Assembly (NCBI GenBank): GCA_024635605.1
Contig: JAGXIR010000194.1
Location: forward strand, 1-55,303
Source: Sunxiuqinia sp.
GTDB taxonomy: Bacteria; Bacteroidota; Bacteroidia; Bacteroidales; Prolixibacteraceae
Length of the DNA: 55,303 nucleotides
Reading direction: 5' to 3'
Within the stretch, counting starts at the first letter, position 1; each line of letters opens with the position of its first letter. Made by a program: the position numbers and the translations under genes. The notes beneath the pieces were generated by a model that saw only the letters and a program-made list of their open reading frames with translations, ran no database searches and was not told the DNA's origin. Positions 39,737 to 48,985 of this stretch are shown piece after piece.

Positions 39737-41965
39737 CTATCCTTCCACAAAGTACCTTAGCTGATCGAGCATGATGGGCACATCGTCCTGGTCGATTCCC
39801 TGCCGAAGCAATTGGGGCAGGTCTTCTTCGAAAACGTCCATGAACCCGGCTTCGGAAAAACCGGTTTTTGAAATGGATTGCTTATAATAATCCAGCGCCT
39901 CTTTTCGTTTATCCATGCTCCACTGCACGTGTCCCATATTCATTAAATCGTGTTTGTTGGGCTCATTGTCAAACAGTTTCAGAAAGTACTTTTCAGCCTG
40001 CTTTTTATTTCCGGTTAAAAACGAGCACCAACCAATGGGTCGCCATACTTTCTTGTTTCCGGGGGCCAGGTATTCCACTTTGAAGTAACATTTCAGTGCT
40101 TCCTCAAATTGCTCCAACTCGAGCAAGCAATGCCCCACGTTTAACTGATTATTTAAATCGTCCGCATTTAGTCGTTCAGCCTCTTTATAATATTCCAGCG
40201 CTTTGTCGGGCTGCTTGAGGTTTCGGTAACACAGCGCGATCTTTTTGAGGTTCCACAGGCGATTGGGCTCATACAATTCGGCATCCAGATAAGCCTCCAA
40301 TGCCTTTTGAAAGTCGCCTTGCTTCTGATGGCAAAAAGCTATTTTCTGAAGCAATTCGCCATCCTTCTTGATGGTTAGCAAATAATCGAAAATACTGGAT
40401 GCTTCCTCAAAGTAATTCTTCGAAAAATAGTATTCCGCAATGTTCCGAAGTACTTTTTCATCTTCCTTCAGAATATGTCCCAGGGTTTTTTTGTTATGAA
40501 AATCAAACCGCCAGCTAAAGACATCGTCGAAATCATTTTTTCGTGGATGCAGTTTGTAAAAACGATACAAATCCTGAATGTATTGATTGGAAACCATTCC
40601 GGCTTTTCTTCCCGGATCGGTCAGTTCTTCGTCGCTTTCAATTTCGTGAAGCTGCTCCATCTCTGCTTTCAATCCCTGAATCATAAATTCACGGTTCTCT
40701 TTTGGCAAGTTGTGAATACTCAGGCTAAAGGAATATTTGTCGGAATTGCACAAAATTGGGGCACTGGCAATGGTACGAACAAACATCCGGTTGACCTCGT
40801 TGGACACATCAAGCACCTCCGCGAGTTCTGGGTTTTCTGCGAAGAACGGAACAAACCAGTTGGCAATTTCATTGAAAAAAGGAAACGATTTCAGTAGGGC
40901 AAATGATCCGAGAAACACATCAGCTCCCTCCATTTGCAATTCGGACAACTCCTCCATTTTATCCATCAGTCCCGGCGAATCCTTAAAAATTTCCTGCCAT
41001 TCCGGATTCTTATCTTCCGAAAGCCCTTCTTCCATCAAACTGTCGAGATTGAGTTTATCTTTCAGTATTGGGCTAATTTTAATCATTTCGGGCAGCAGCT
41101 CATCGCGAATCCGCTGTTGCAATTTTTCGGTTTCTTTACTGCGGATTAACTGGACAATGATGAGTTCCAAATTTTGTTTAAAGGCCGGATCTTCGTTTAA
41201 GAGTTCCAAACGCCCGGTAATTTCTGGATAATAGGACATCCGTGAGTCGTATTGATAAAGGGTAATGAGCAACCCGACCAAAGCCCGCTGGTTGATGGCT
41301 GCTTCATCCAATGCATAAGCATCGAAAAGCACACCCAACTTTCCGGCATCAAAATAGCGCTGCTGACTGAGTGTTAAGGCAGTAACAACAAATGATTTAT
41401 AATCCGAGAGGATTGTCGGACTTGCAAAAAGCTGCTTTAGAAAATTGATTTCTTCAGCACTCAGCTGATCGCGAAACCACAAGTGATAAAACAACCGGAA
41501 CATTTGCTGCCGGTGCATGCTTGCTGCTTCAGAAGTTGCGGAGGCACGTGTGTTGCGGTTTTCGGCTAATGCCTGTAGCTCGTCGTGCCGATAGAACTCC
41601 TCCAGATCGGTGAAAAACAATTCAAAATCGGTAATCCACTGGTTGTCAAACCCTCGTTTACGTTCGTATTCGATTGATGAGGAATATTTTAAACGAATCG
41701 CTTCGTTCACCTTGTCAACCAGTTCGAAGGCCGACACAATGAGCTTTCGGTACACTTTCTGCCGTTCCGGATCGCGTATGCCTTCAACGGTATATTGAAG
41801 CATGTAATGATATGTTTGATCCAGCTCGCGCCACTCGTCGTTAAATACACCCAAGCCGTTTTCGTTGATGAGCTTTTTCAATTGGTCGAAGGCCGGTTTT
41901 AGTTTCCGTTCGGCCAGGCTGCCGCAAATTCCGGCATATTGTCTGTGGAGTTCTTTATCTGTCAT
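39737..41965 (-). CDS. Large cytoplasmic TPR-repeat protein
   Basis: C-terminal TPR array and a CNSDKYS motif. Likely start is MTDKE at 41965. Confidence 0.85.
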   Translation of the reverse strand: MTDKELHRQYAGICGSLAERKLKPAFDQLKKLINENGLGVFNDEWRELDQTYHYMLQYTVEGIRDPERQKVYRKLIVSAFELVDKVNEAIRLKYSSSIEYERKRGFDNQWITDFELFFTDLEEFYRHDELQALAENRNTRASATSEAASMHRQQMFRLFYHLWFRDQLSAEEINFLKQLFASPTILSDYKSFVVTALTLSQQRYFDAGKLGVLFDAYALDEAAINQRALVGLLITLYQYDSRMSYYPEITGRLELLNEDPAFKQNLELIIVQLIRSKETEKLQQRIRDELLPEMIKISPILKDKLNLDSLMEEGLSEDKNPEWQEIFKDSPGLMDKMEELSELQMEGADVFLGSFALLKSFPFFNEIANWFVPFFAENPELAEVLDVSNEVNRMFVRTIASAPILCNSDKYSFSLSIHNLPKENREFMIQGLKAEMEQLHEIESDEELTDPGRKAGMVSNQYIQDLYRFYKLHPRKNDFDDVFSWRFDFHNKKTLGHILKEDEKVLRNIAEYYFSKNYFEEASSIFDYLLTIKKDGELLQKIAFCHQKQGDFQKALEAYLDAELYEPNRLWNLKKIALCYRNLKQPDKALEYYKEAERLNADDLNNQLNVGHCLLELEQFEEALKCYFKVEYLAPGNKKVWRPIGWCSFLTGNKKQAEKYFLKLFDNEPNKHDLMNMGHVQWSMDKRKEALDYYKQSISKTGFSEAGFMDVFEEDLPQLLRQGIDQDDVPIMLDQLRYFVEG

Positions 41966-42142
41966 AGTTGTTCTCTCAAGTTTCAAAAGATACAAAAAAC
42001 CAGTCGCTTCAAAAAACACTCCAAGCCAAACTTGTCTGCCAGATGGTCAGCCCCGCTGCCGCTATTGCGCTACCTGTGTGTAGATGACAGGAGTCTATTT
42101 GTGACAGAGGTGATACGAAAAATATAAAACAGGTACGTGACC

Positions 42143-42811
42143 TTAATCCTGATCAATTTCATAGGGATTTAGGAAAATCAGGAAAAAAACCATGGCAAAC
42201 GATAATTCATGCAGCTCGCTCTCTTTTTTCAGACCAATCAGAAGAACCATCAGCGTTGAAACGCCCATCAGAATCAGGTGTTGCTTTTTAGGCAGCGGCA
42301 CCCGAAAACGATTGACTAAACCGCGAATGAATGGAACTTTCAAAACCAAAATTCTGGAAAAAACAAAATAGATAATCAACACTAAAAACATCAGTCGGGA
42401 GAAAATAAGGATGTTTATACTTTGTCCTCCAACAATGAGGTTGTGCAGGTTAGTTTCGGCCTGCTTGTTATGTTCCAGAAAAAATTCACTGCTTTCAATT
42501 CCAAATACGCGCTGTCCCCAGCTGATTTCTTCGCCGGCCGCAAAAAAGAATAAAAAGGCCAAGGCACCCCAGGTGAGTAACCAAAGTGGTTTTTTTAGTT
42601 TCCGGTATTGAAAAACCCGGTAAACGGCTATTATACTACAGAAAAATAAGAACAGGGCTGTGGGCCATTCCACAGGCCCATCCTCTCGCACATAGTTCCA
42701 AAATTCGTCATCACCAACAAGATGACCCAAATACAAGCCATAACCAATGAAAATGAGAAGAATGGCTCCCACTACCATCTCAGTACCTGCAATTAGCTTT
42801 TTTGTTTCCAT
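42143..42811 (-). CDS. Multi-TM membrane protein (EEISWGQR motif), copy 1
   Basis: REDGPVE, GEEISWGQR and QAETNLHN; about 6 TM segments. Confidence 0.8.
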   Translation of the reverse strand: METKKLIAGTEMVVGAILLIFIGYGLYLGHLVGDDEFWNYVREDGPVEWPTALFLFFCSIIAVYRVFQYRKLKKPLWLLTWGALAFLFFFAAGEEISWGQRVFGIESSEFFLEHNKQAETNLHNLIVGGQSINILIFSRLMFLVLIIYFVFSRILVLKVPFIRGLVNRFRVPLPKKQHLILMGVSTLMVLLIGLKKESELHELSFAMVFFLIFLNPYEIDQD

Positions 42812-43100
42812 AAAAACATTTTTAAAAAATATCTATGTCTGATTTGAACTGAACTTAACCGGGGTTAATCGCTTGCCAGAAGATTTGCCCTTCAAAATAA
42901 TGCGGGTAAAAATATGACAATTATTCGAAGTAGAAAAAAAAGAATATCACTTTAAGCCAATAGCCTGGCCGCATCCATGTAGCAACAATGCTGTGCAGCA
43001 ACTTGTCTTTCGGGTTCCTGATTCCTACTTTTGTTACTTAATCAATAATGAAAAATCAACAAGCGAACTGAAAGTACTTTTTTCATCAAGTGTTTCAAAC

Positions 43101-43131
43101 AAAAAACTTCGACCAATGGCCGAAGTTTTTT
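43101..43131. terminator. Bidirectional intrinsic terminator
   Basis: AAAAAACTTCG-ACCAATGGC-CGAAGTTTTTT. Confidence 0.8.
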
Positions 43132-43164
43132 ATTGTCAGATAGCAAAAGAAGAAGCTTGAACGA

Positions 43165-43350
43165 TTAAAATGATTGAATAACAGCAATCAATTCGTTCTT
43201 CGTTTTGCCTATTTTATTGGCTATAGTCTTGTAGAGATCATCTTTTGTTTCATGCCTCCACATCAAGTCAGCATTGGTTAACTGGGGATATTTATTTTTG
43301 AGATTCATCATAATGTCGCCCCAATTTTCAAAATCAAATTCTGTGTCCAT
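43165..43350 (-). CDS. CsbD/YjbJ-like small stress protein
   Basis: Pattern NW...LKNKYPQLTNADL......DDL...I..KIGKTKNE. Confidence 0.65.
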   Translation of the reverse strand: MDTEFDFENWGDIMMNLKNKYPQLTNADLMWRHETKDDLYKTIANKIGKTKNELIAVIQSF

Positions 43351-43352
43351 AT

Positions 43353-43853
43353 TTATAATCTTATTGTTAATCCAAATTTTCCACCGGAGAAAGCATTTCC
43401 ACCACCAAATTCAAGGTTGATTCCTACATTATTGCTAAAATAGTAACGTCCACCAATTTGTGCTCCCAGGCCAAGTCCCGAATTGTGAGAACCATCGTAA
43501 TCGTTTGGCGAACTCCAGTTGTAGAATCCCAGGTTTAAACCGGCATAAAAATCCCAGTCAGAAGGAATATTCAATACGGTATTGAAATGGTAATTCGCAT
43601 TTCCCAAAATTCCAATCACATTGTGATCGTATTTATCACCTTGCCAGTTGTCGTTATACGAACGAAAAGATAACTCTCCACCCAAGGTAATATCGGGATG
43701 TACGCCATGATCAAATCCCAGGTAAACCGGAACACCCCAAGACGAAAGTCCTACTCCAACATTCAACTGTGTTTCACCTTTTGATATTGGACCTTGCGCG
43801 AAAGCTGTGCTGGTCGCAACCAGAAGCATCATCAATAAAAATTGTTTTCTCAT
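43353..43853 (-). CDS. Small outer-membrane beta-barrel protein
   Basis: Signal peptide (AFA-Q); WDFYAGLNLG and GAQIGGRYYF...NLEFG. A -7 box TACCTTTG lies at 44059-44066 on the minus strand. Confidence 0.8.
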   Translation of the reverse strand: MRKQFLLMMLLVATSTAFAQGPISKGETQLNVGVGLSSWGVPVYLGFDHGVHPDITLGGELSFRSYNDNWQGDKYDHNVIGILGNANYHFNTVLNIPSDWDFYAGLNLGFYNWSSPNDYDGSHNSGLGLGAQIGGRYYFSNNVGINLEFGGGNAFSGGKFGLTIRL

Positions 43854-44172
43854 TTTCTTGTTTTTAATTGATCCATTCCTGGACCGGTGACGTTTTTTTA
43901 ATCCTTATTATAAAAAAAGAGAAAAATAAAGCGACCAGTAGCTGCTCAGTTATAGAACCTATTGCATGTACAAAAAACGCCGTAGCCAAAGGCCGGAGTT
44001 ACGATGTGACTCCAGTTTATAATCACATCATCCGTTTATAGAAGCATTATTTTCAATGCAAAGGTACTCTTATTTTTTATAAAATAAGCTATGTAATATA
44101 AAATTGTTTTTTGAGCTGGGATTACTACAGCAATCCAATTCCGTTTGATCTGATTTATATTACGGCACAAAC

Positions 44173-44844
44173 TTAATCCTGATCAATTTCGTAGGGATTC
44201 AGAAAAATCATAAAAAAGACCATGGCAAACGACAATTCATGCAATTCACTTTCCTTTTTCAGACTAATTAAGAGGACCATTACCGTAGAAACTCCCATCA
44301 GAATCAGGTGTTGCTTTTTAGGCAGTGGCACCCGAAATTGATTGACCAGACGGCGAATAGCAGGAACTTTCAAAACCAAAATTCTGGAAAAAACAAAGTA
44401 GATAATTAACACCAAAAACATCAACCGGGAGAAAATAAGAATATTTAGATTTTGTCCGCCAACAATGAGGTTGTGCAGGTTAGTTTCGGCCTGTTTGTTA
44501 TTTTCCAGAAAAAAATCGCTGCTTTCAATTCCAAATACGCGTTGTCCCCAGCTGATTTCTTCGCCGGCAGCAAAAAAGAATAGAACAGCCATGGCACCCC
44601 AGGTTATCAGCCAGAGTGGTTTTTTCAGTTTTCGGTATTGAAAAACCCGATACACACCAATCAAACTAGAGAAAAACAAAAACAAGGCCGTAGCCCACTC
44701 AGCCGGGCCATCTTCCCTCACATATTCCCAGAATTCGTCAACACCAACAAGGTGCCCAAGATACAGGCCATAGGCTATAAAAATGAGCAGTGCAGCTCCC
44801 ACCACCATTTCGGTACTTGTAATCAGTTTTTTTATATCCATCAT
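44173..44844 (-). CDS. Multi-TM membrane protein (EEISWGQR motif), copy 2
   Basis: Colinear, highly similar paralogue of 42143-42811 with the same C-terminus (FLNPYEIDQD). Confidence 0.8.
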   Translation of the reverse strand: MMDIKKLITSTEMVVGAALLIFIAYGLYLGHLVGVDEFWEYVREDGPAEWATALFLFFSSLIGVYRVFQYRKLKKPLWLITWGAMAVLFFFAAGEEISWGQRVFGIESSDFFLENNKQAETNLHNLIVGGQNLNILIFSRLMFLVLIIYFVFSRILVLKVPAIRRLVNQFRVPLPKKQHLILMGVSTVMVLLISLKKESELHELSFAMVFFMIFLNPYEIDQD

Positions 44845-45154
44845 TACGTTCTTTAAAAATCAAATTTTTCTTGTTTTTCAACTCAGTTGATCCGGGTTCA
44901 TTTGTTGGAAATAAAAATTTGTCCCTTCAATATAGTGCGCGCAAAAATATGACAAATATTCAAGGGAGAAAACAAAGATCATCACTTTAAATTCTCCGAA
45001 GATTCAAGAAGCAAATGCGGCAAATCAATTCAAGTCTGCACGACAACTTATTATTCGAGCGTCACGAACGGCTTTTGTTGGCTAATAAAACAGTAAATGA
45101 TAATGCACAACCAGATTTTTTGTGCCCGTTTGTTTTGAATTCAGAAAAACTTTC

Positions 45155-45180
45155 TACTTTTGTTCGTAGTTTTACGAACA
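45155..45180 (+). promoter_or_regulatory. -7 promoter box overlapped by a putative ArsR operator
   Basis: TACTTTTG (45155-45162) overlaps the palindrome TGTTCGTA-GTTT-TACGAACA (45161-45180). Confidence 0.75.
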
Positions 45181-45187
45181 CCGAATT

Positions 45188-45487
45188 ATGAAGGAGACGA
45201 TTGTATTTACAGAAGAACAAGTTCAGGCAGCCCGCTTTGCCAAAGCCATGGGCCATCCGGTGCGGCTTTACGTGTTGGAATTGCTAAATAAGCAGGCTTG
45301 CTGCTATAGCGGCGATTTGTCGGATGTGCTGCCCATTGCCAAGTCCACTTTATCGCAACATTTAAAGGAACTAAAAGACGCAGGTTTAATTCAAGGCGAA
45401 ATTGAAGCCCCAAAAATCAAATATTGCATTAACCGCGAAAACTGGGCAAAAGCGCAGGACTTGTTTCAGAAGTTTCTGAATCGATAA
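45188..45487 (+). CDS. arsR: ArsR/SmtB transcriptional repressor (first module)
   Basis: KAMGHPVR, ACCYSGD and STLSQHLKELK; heads the arsenic cluster. Confidence 0.88.
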   Translation: MKETIVFTEEQVQAARFAKAMGHPVRLYVLELLNKQACCYSGDLSDVLPIAKSTLSQHLKELKDAGLIQGEIEAPKIKYCINRENWAKAQDLFQKFLNR

Positions 45488-45576
45488 CAAAAAGTTTAAG
45501 CCTATCGTTCGCTATTTTTCGAATTACGAATAAAAAAAAGAAATCAATGGAATATCAGGATTTAAAGCCAATTCAA

Positions 45577-45810
45577 ATGGACATCAAAGTACTGGGGACC
45601 GGCTGTCCCAAGTGTAAATCGCTTGAAAAAGCGACCCGCGAAGCTGTGGATGAAGCAGGAATCGCCGCCTCAGTTACTAAGGTGGAGGACATTGTGGAGA
45701 TCATGAATTACGGGGTGATGACCACGCCAGCCCTCGTTGTTAACGGAAAAGTTCTCGTCAAAGGGAAAGTCCCTACAGTTGCAGAAATCAAAACATTACT
45801 AACCAAATAA
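45577..45810 (+). CDS. Small thioredoxin-like redox protein (MTH895/ArsE family)
   Basis: KVLGTGCPKC and GVMTTPALVVNG. Start placed at MDIKV. Confidence 0.88.
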   Translation: MDIKVLGTGCPKCKSLEKATREAVDEAGIAASVTKVEDIVEIMNYGVMTTPALVVNGKVLVKGKVPTVAEIKTLLTK

Positions 45811-45820
45811 TCAACAAAAA

Positions 45821-46255
45821 ATGAAGAAGCTAACTTTTATTTTAATCATCGCCCTGTGGGCCGGAGTTTCATCGGCCAGCGCTCAATGTTGCGACTCGAA
45901 AGTGGCCGAATTAACCGATGCCGGTGCTGCCCTGTTGGAGCAAGCCAGCGAAAAGGGCGTTAAAGCTTATTATTTCCATGCTACCCGCCGCTGTGTAACT
46001 TGCCAAGCCGTTGAAAAAGTGACAAAAGAAGCCCTGAAAGAACATTACGGAGATCAGGTTACTTTCCTATCAATCGACCGCGAAAAAGACAGTGAAAATC
46101 CGTTGCTGAAGAAATACAAAGTCAGCGGACAAACTTTGTTGGTCGTGAGTGGCGACGAAGTGAGGAACCTGACCAATGACGCTTTCCTGAATGCCCGGAC
46201 GAATCCGGACAAGTTCAAAGCCAAGCTTAAATCGACGATCGATTCAATGAAATAA
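45821..46255 (+). CDS. Exported thioredoxin-fold protein (ArsF family)
   Basis: Signal peptide and YFHATRRCVTC; lies between the ArsE-like and ArsG-like genes. Confidence 0.8.
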   Translation: MKKLTFILIIALWAGVSSASAQCCDSKVAELTDAGAALLEQASEKGVKAYYFHATRRCVTCQAVEKVTKEALKEHYGDQVTFLSIDREKDSENPLLKKYKVSGQTLLVVSGDEVRNLTNDAFLNARTNPDKFKAKLKSTIDSMK

Positions 46256-46259
46256 GCTT

Positions 46260-46961
46260 ATGGAGCTGTTGCAAAATTTTCTGGAAAATTCGCAATTTCC
46301 ATTCTTTACCGCTTTTATACTGGGACTGATGACTGCCGTCAGTCCCTGCCCTTTGGCAACCAACATTACGGCTATTGGCTATATCAGCAAAGACCTGGAT
46401 AGTCGGAAAAAAGTGTTTTACAACGGGCTGGTGTACACGCTTGGGCGTGCGGTCTCGTACACGGCCATTGGCCTGCTTTTTTTCTTTGGGGCCGGACAGT
46501 TTCAGTTGGAAGGCTTTTTTCAAAGCTGGGGCGAAAAACTACTGGGGCCCCTACTCATCCTAATCGGTTTGTTTATGCTTGGCGTGCTGAACTTTATCCA
46601 AATTCCGGGTCTCAGTTCATTGACCAGTAAAATGGAAAGTCGCGCTAACCAAGGTTTTTGGGGCGTCTTGCTGTTGGGTATTGTGTTTGCCCTGGCTTTT
46701 TGCCCCTACAGCGGGGTGCTGTATTTTGGCATGCTGATCCCAATGACTGTCAGCAGTGCGTCGGGACTTTACCTGCCAATCATCTTTGCGCTGGCTACCG
46801 GAATTCCTGTCATTCTGTTTGCCTGGCTAATTGCCTTTTCGGTTGGGTCAATTGGTGGTGTTTACAATAAAATGAAGACCGTTGAACAGTGGTTTCGTCG
46901 TTTGGTAGCTGTGCTATTTATCGGTGTAGGGATCTATTATGTCTGGATCATGTTTCTATAA
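46260..46961 (+). CDS. ArsG-family (DsbD/CcdA-like) membrane protein
   Basis: SPCPLATN and AFCPYSG membrane cysteines; about 6 TM segments. Confidence 0.82.
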   Translation: MELLQNFLENSQFPFFTAFILGLMTAVSPCPLATNITAIGYISKDLDSRKKVFYNGLVYTLGRAVSYTAIGLLFFFGAGQFQLEGFFQSWGEKLLGPLLILIGLFMLGVLNFIQIPGLSSLTSKMESRANQGFWGVLLLGIVFALAFCPYSGVLYFGMLIPMTVSSASGLYLPIIFALATGIPVILFAWLIAFSVGSIGGVYNKMKTVEQWFRRLVAVLFIGVGIYYVWIMFL

Positions 46962-46977
46962 AAAAATTTGATAATAA

Positions 46978-46997
46978 TGTTCGTGTTTTTGCGAACA
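46978..46997 (+). promoter_or_regulatory. Internal copy of the ArsR1-type operator
   Basis: TGTTCGTG-TTTT-TGCGAACA, just upstream of the permease ATG at 47015. Confidence 0.6.
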
Positions 46998-47014
46998 AGC
47001 TAGATTACCGTTTC

Positions 47015-48058
47015 ATGCAACGAAATAAAAAAATAAAGCTGATTGTCTCCATCACGGTAGTCCTGCCCCTGCTGGGATTAGTGTACTACTTTCTTCAACC
47101 CCTGGTCAATTATTTGACTTACGAGCTTTTTGGTCTCCAAGCGGAAAGCCACCTTGGAGAGGCCATCAATTTCTTCATTTACGACACCATTAAAATTCTA
47201 ATTCTCTTATTCCTGATCAGCTCACTGATGGGAGCAGTCAATGCTTATTTCCCGGTTGACCGGCTACGCATCTATCTGACGACAAAAAAAATGTACGGGC
47301 TTCAGTATTTGTTCGCCTCATTTTTTGGTGCCATTACGCCCTTTTGTTCCTGTTCGTCCATTCCGCTTTTTATTGGCTTTGTGAAAGGCGGAATACCACT
47401 TGGGGTAACTTTTGCATTTTTAATCACCTCGCCACTTGTCAATGAAGTGGCTGTGGCCATGTTTTTAGGGCTATTCGGAATTAAGGCGACCCTGATCTAC
47501 GCCATCAGTGGAATTCTTTTGGGAACAATCGGTGGATTTATCCTGGGAAAATTAAAACTGGATCGTTACCTCAGCGATTGGGTCAAGGAAGTACAAGCGA
47601 ATTCGGAACAGGAATCAGAACAGTGGGAAAAAGACCAAACACCGTTCATCGACCGGCTGCCAAGCATTATTCGCGAAGGATGGGACATTGTGCGCAAAGT
47701 TTTGGTGTACGTCCTGATTGGGATTGCCATTGGGGCTGCCATGCACGGCTATGTGCCGGAGAATTTCTTTACGGAATTTCTTTCGGCTGACAAATGGTAT
47801 GCTGTGCCGCTTGCCGTAATCCTTGCTGTACCCATGTATGCCAATGCTGCCGGAATTGTGCCGGTCATTCAGGTATTTGTTGCCAAGGGAGTTCCGCTGG
47901 GAACAGGCATCGCTTTTATGATGGCCGTAGTGGGCCTTTCATTACCCGAAGCTACCCTGCTCAAAAAAGTAATGAAATGGAAACTAATTGGCATTTTCTT
48001 CGGAACAATTACCCTGTTCATCATTTTATTGGGCTATTTATTTAACTGGATATTGTAA
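47015..48058 (+). CDS. arsP: ArsP-family (DUF318) permease, putative organoarsenical efflux
   Basis: TPFCSCSSIP, SPLVNE, PMY and GLSLPE. Start placed at MQRNK. Confidence 0.82.
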   Translation: MQRNKKIKLIVSITVVLPLLGLVYYFLQPLVNYLTYELFGLQAESHLGEAINFFIYDTIKILILLFLISSLMGAVNAYFPVDRLRIYLTTKKMYGLQYLFASFFGAITPFCSCSSIPLFIGFVKGGIPLGVTFAFLITSPLVNEVAVAMFLGLFGIKATLIYAISGILLGTIGGFILGKLKLDRYLSDWVKEVQANSEQESEQWEKDQTPFIDRLPSIIREGWDIVRKVLVYVLIGIAIGAAMHGYVPENFFTEFLSADKWYAVPLAVILAVPMYANAAGIVPVIQVFVAKGVPLGTGIAFMMAVVGLSLPEATLLKKVMKWKLIGIFFGTITLFIILLGYLFNWIL

Positions 48059-48088
48059 CTTCATTCATAACCACTAAATCATACCATT

Positions 48089-48862
48089 ATGAAATCAAAA
48101 TCCATCGGTTTTATTGGCGGGGGACGAATCACCCGGATTTTCCTCCAAGGGCTTTCCAACAATAATGCCTTACCCGAAACGATACATGTGTTTGAACCCA
48201 ATGGGGAAACGCTTGAGGCGTTGCAAGCTGACTTTCCGTCTGCGACAGCAGCCGGCACTGCTGCACAGGCAGCCGCTCAGGAAATCGTTTTCATTGCTGT
48301 GCACCCTCCTGTTGTTATGGAAACCATGCAAACAATCAAGGATGCGATTACCGAAGACACAGTCGTGATTTCGCTTGCACCCAAGATCACCCTCAAAAAG
48401 ATGGCCTCTAGCCTTCCTTCGAAAAAACTGGCCAGGATGATTCCCAATGCGACTTCGTATATCAACGAAGGCTACAACCCAATCGCCTTTGCCCCCGGCT
48501 TCGGTAAAAAGGAAAAAAAGCAGGTGTTGAAGTTCCTGAAGAAGCTGGGAAAAACTTTCGAAACAGAGGAAGCCAAACTCGAAAGCTACGCCATTGTTTC
48601 GGCTATGCTGCCCACTTATTTCTGGTTCCAGTGGCGGGCCATGCACGATGTGGCGCTCCAAACCGGATTGTCTGAAAAGGAAGCCAACAAAGCCATCAAG
48701 GCTTCGCTGCAAAAAGGCATCGAGCTTTATTACAAATCCGGCCTCACCCCTGCTGAGGTGATGGATCTGATTCCGGTTAAGCCCATTGGTGAGCACGAAA
48801 CTGAAATCACCGAAATTTATCAAACCAAGCTGATGGGCTTGTTTGAAAAGATCAAACCTTGA
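48089..48862 (+). CDS. Pyrroline-5-carboxylate-reductase-like NAD(P)-dependent oxidoreductase
   Basis: Rossmann IGFIGGGRI, IAVHP, ISLA and ARMIPN; lacks the ProC C-terminal SPGGTT motif. Confidence 0.75.
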   Translation: MKSKSIGFIGGGRITRIFLQGLSNNNALPETIHVFEPNGETLEALQADFPSATAAGTAAQAAAQEIVFIAVHPPVVMETMQTIKDAITEDTVVISLAPKITLKKMASSLPSKKLARMIPNATSYINEGYNPIAFAPGFGKKEKKQVLKFLKKLGKTFETEEAKLESYAIVSAMLPTYFWFQWRAMHDVALQTGLSEKEANKAIKASLQKGIELYYKSGLTPAEVMDLIPVKPIGEHETEITEIYQTKLMGLFEKIKP

Positions 48863-48872
48863 AGACTTTAAC

Positions 48873-48905
48873 AAAGAGGCTGAAACAAGATATGTCAGCC
48901 TCTTT
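48873..48905 (+). terminator. Hairpin/terminator separating the two ars modules
   Basis: AAAGAGGCTGA...TCAGCCTCTTT followed by a T-rich tract. Confidence 0.7.
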
Positions 48906-48923
48906 CATTTTTTCTTAAAAAAG

Positions 48924-48972
48924 ATGTCGTAAAAATGCGACATTCTAAAATTGCGTCGTATATTTGCGACAT
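48924..48972 (+). promoter_or_regulatory. Tandem putative ArsR2 operators overlapping a -7 box
   Basis: ATGTCGTA-AAAA-TGCGACAT (48924-48943) and GCGTCGTA-TATT-TGCGACAT (48953-48972); TATATTTG at 48959-48966. Confidence 0.7.
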
Positions 48973-48985
48973 AAATTTTTCAACG

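Noticed and set aside
42143-44990. Composite transposon interpretation of the direct repeats
   Set aside because: The repeated units encode a membrane protein, not a transposase, and I saw no terminal inverted repeats or target-site duplication.
46889-47014. N-terminal extensions given by the ORF track for arsP (also fabG, PfkB, arsR2, the MTase at 51746 and the TPR gene at 42019)
   Set aside because: The extensions overlap upstream genes, operators or terminators, and downstream ATGs give family-typical starts.
48170-48874. 234-aa minus-strand ORF and similar long antisense ORFs (4155-4721, 30114-30599, 36783-37286, 40737-41231, 50041-50526)
   Set aside because: They lie opposite well-supported genes and show no motifs, so they are best explained as shadow ORFs.
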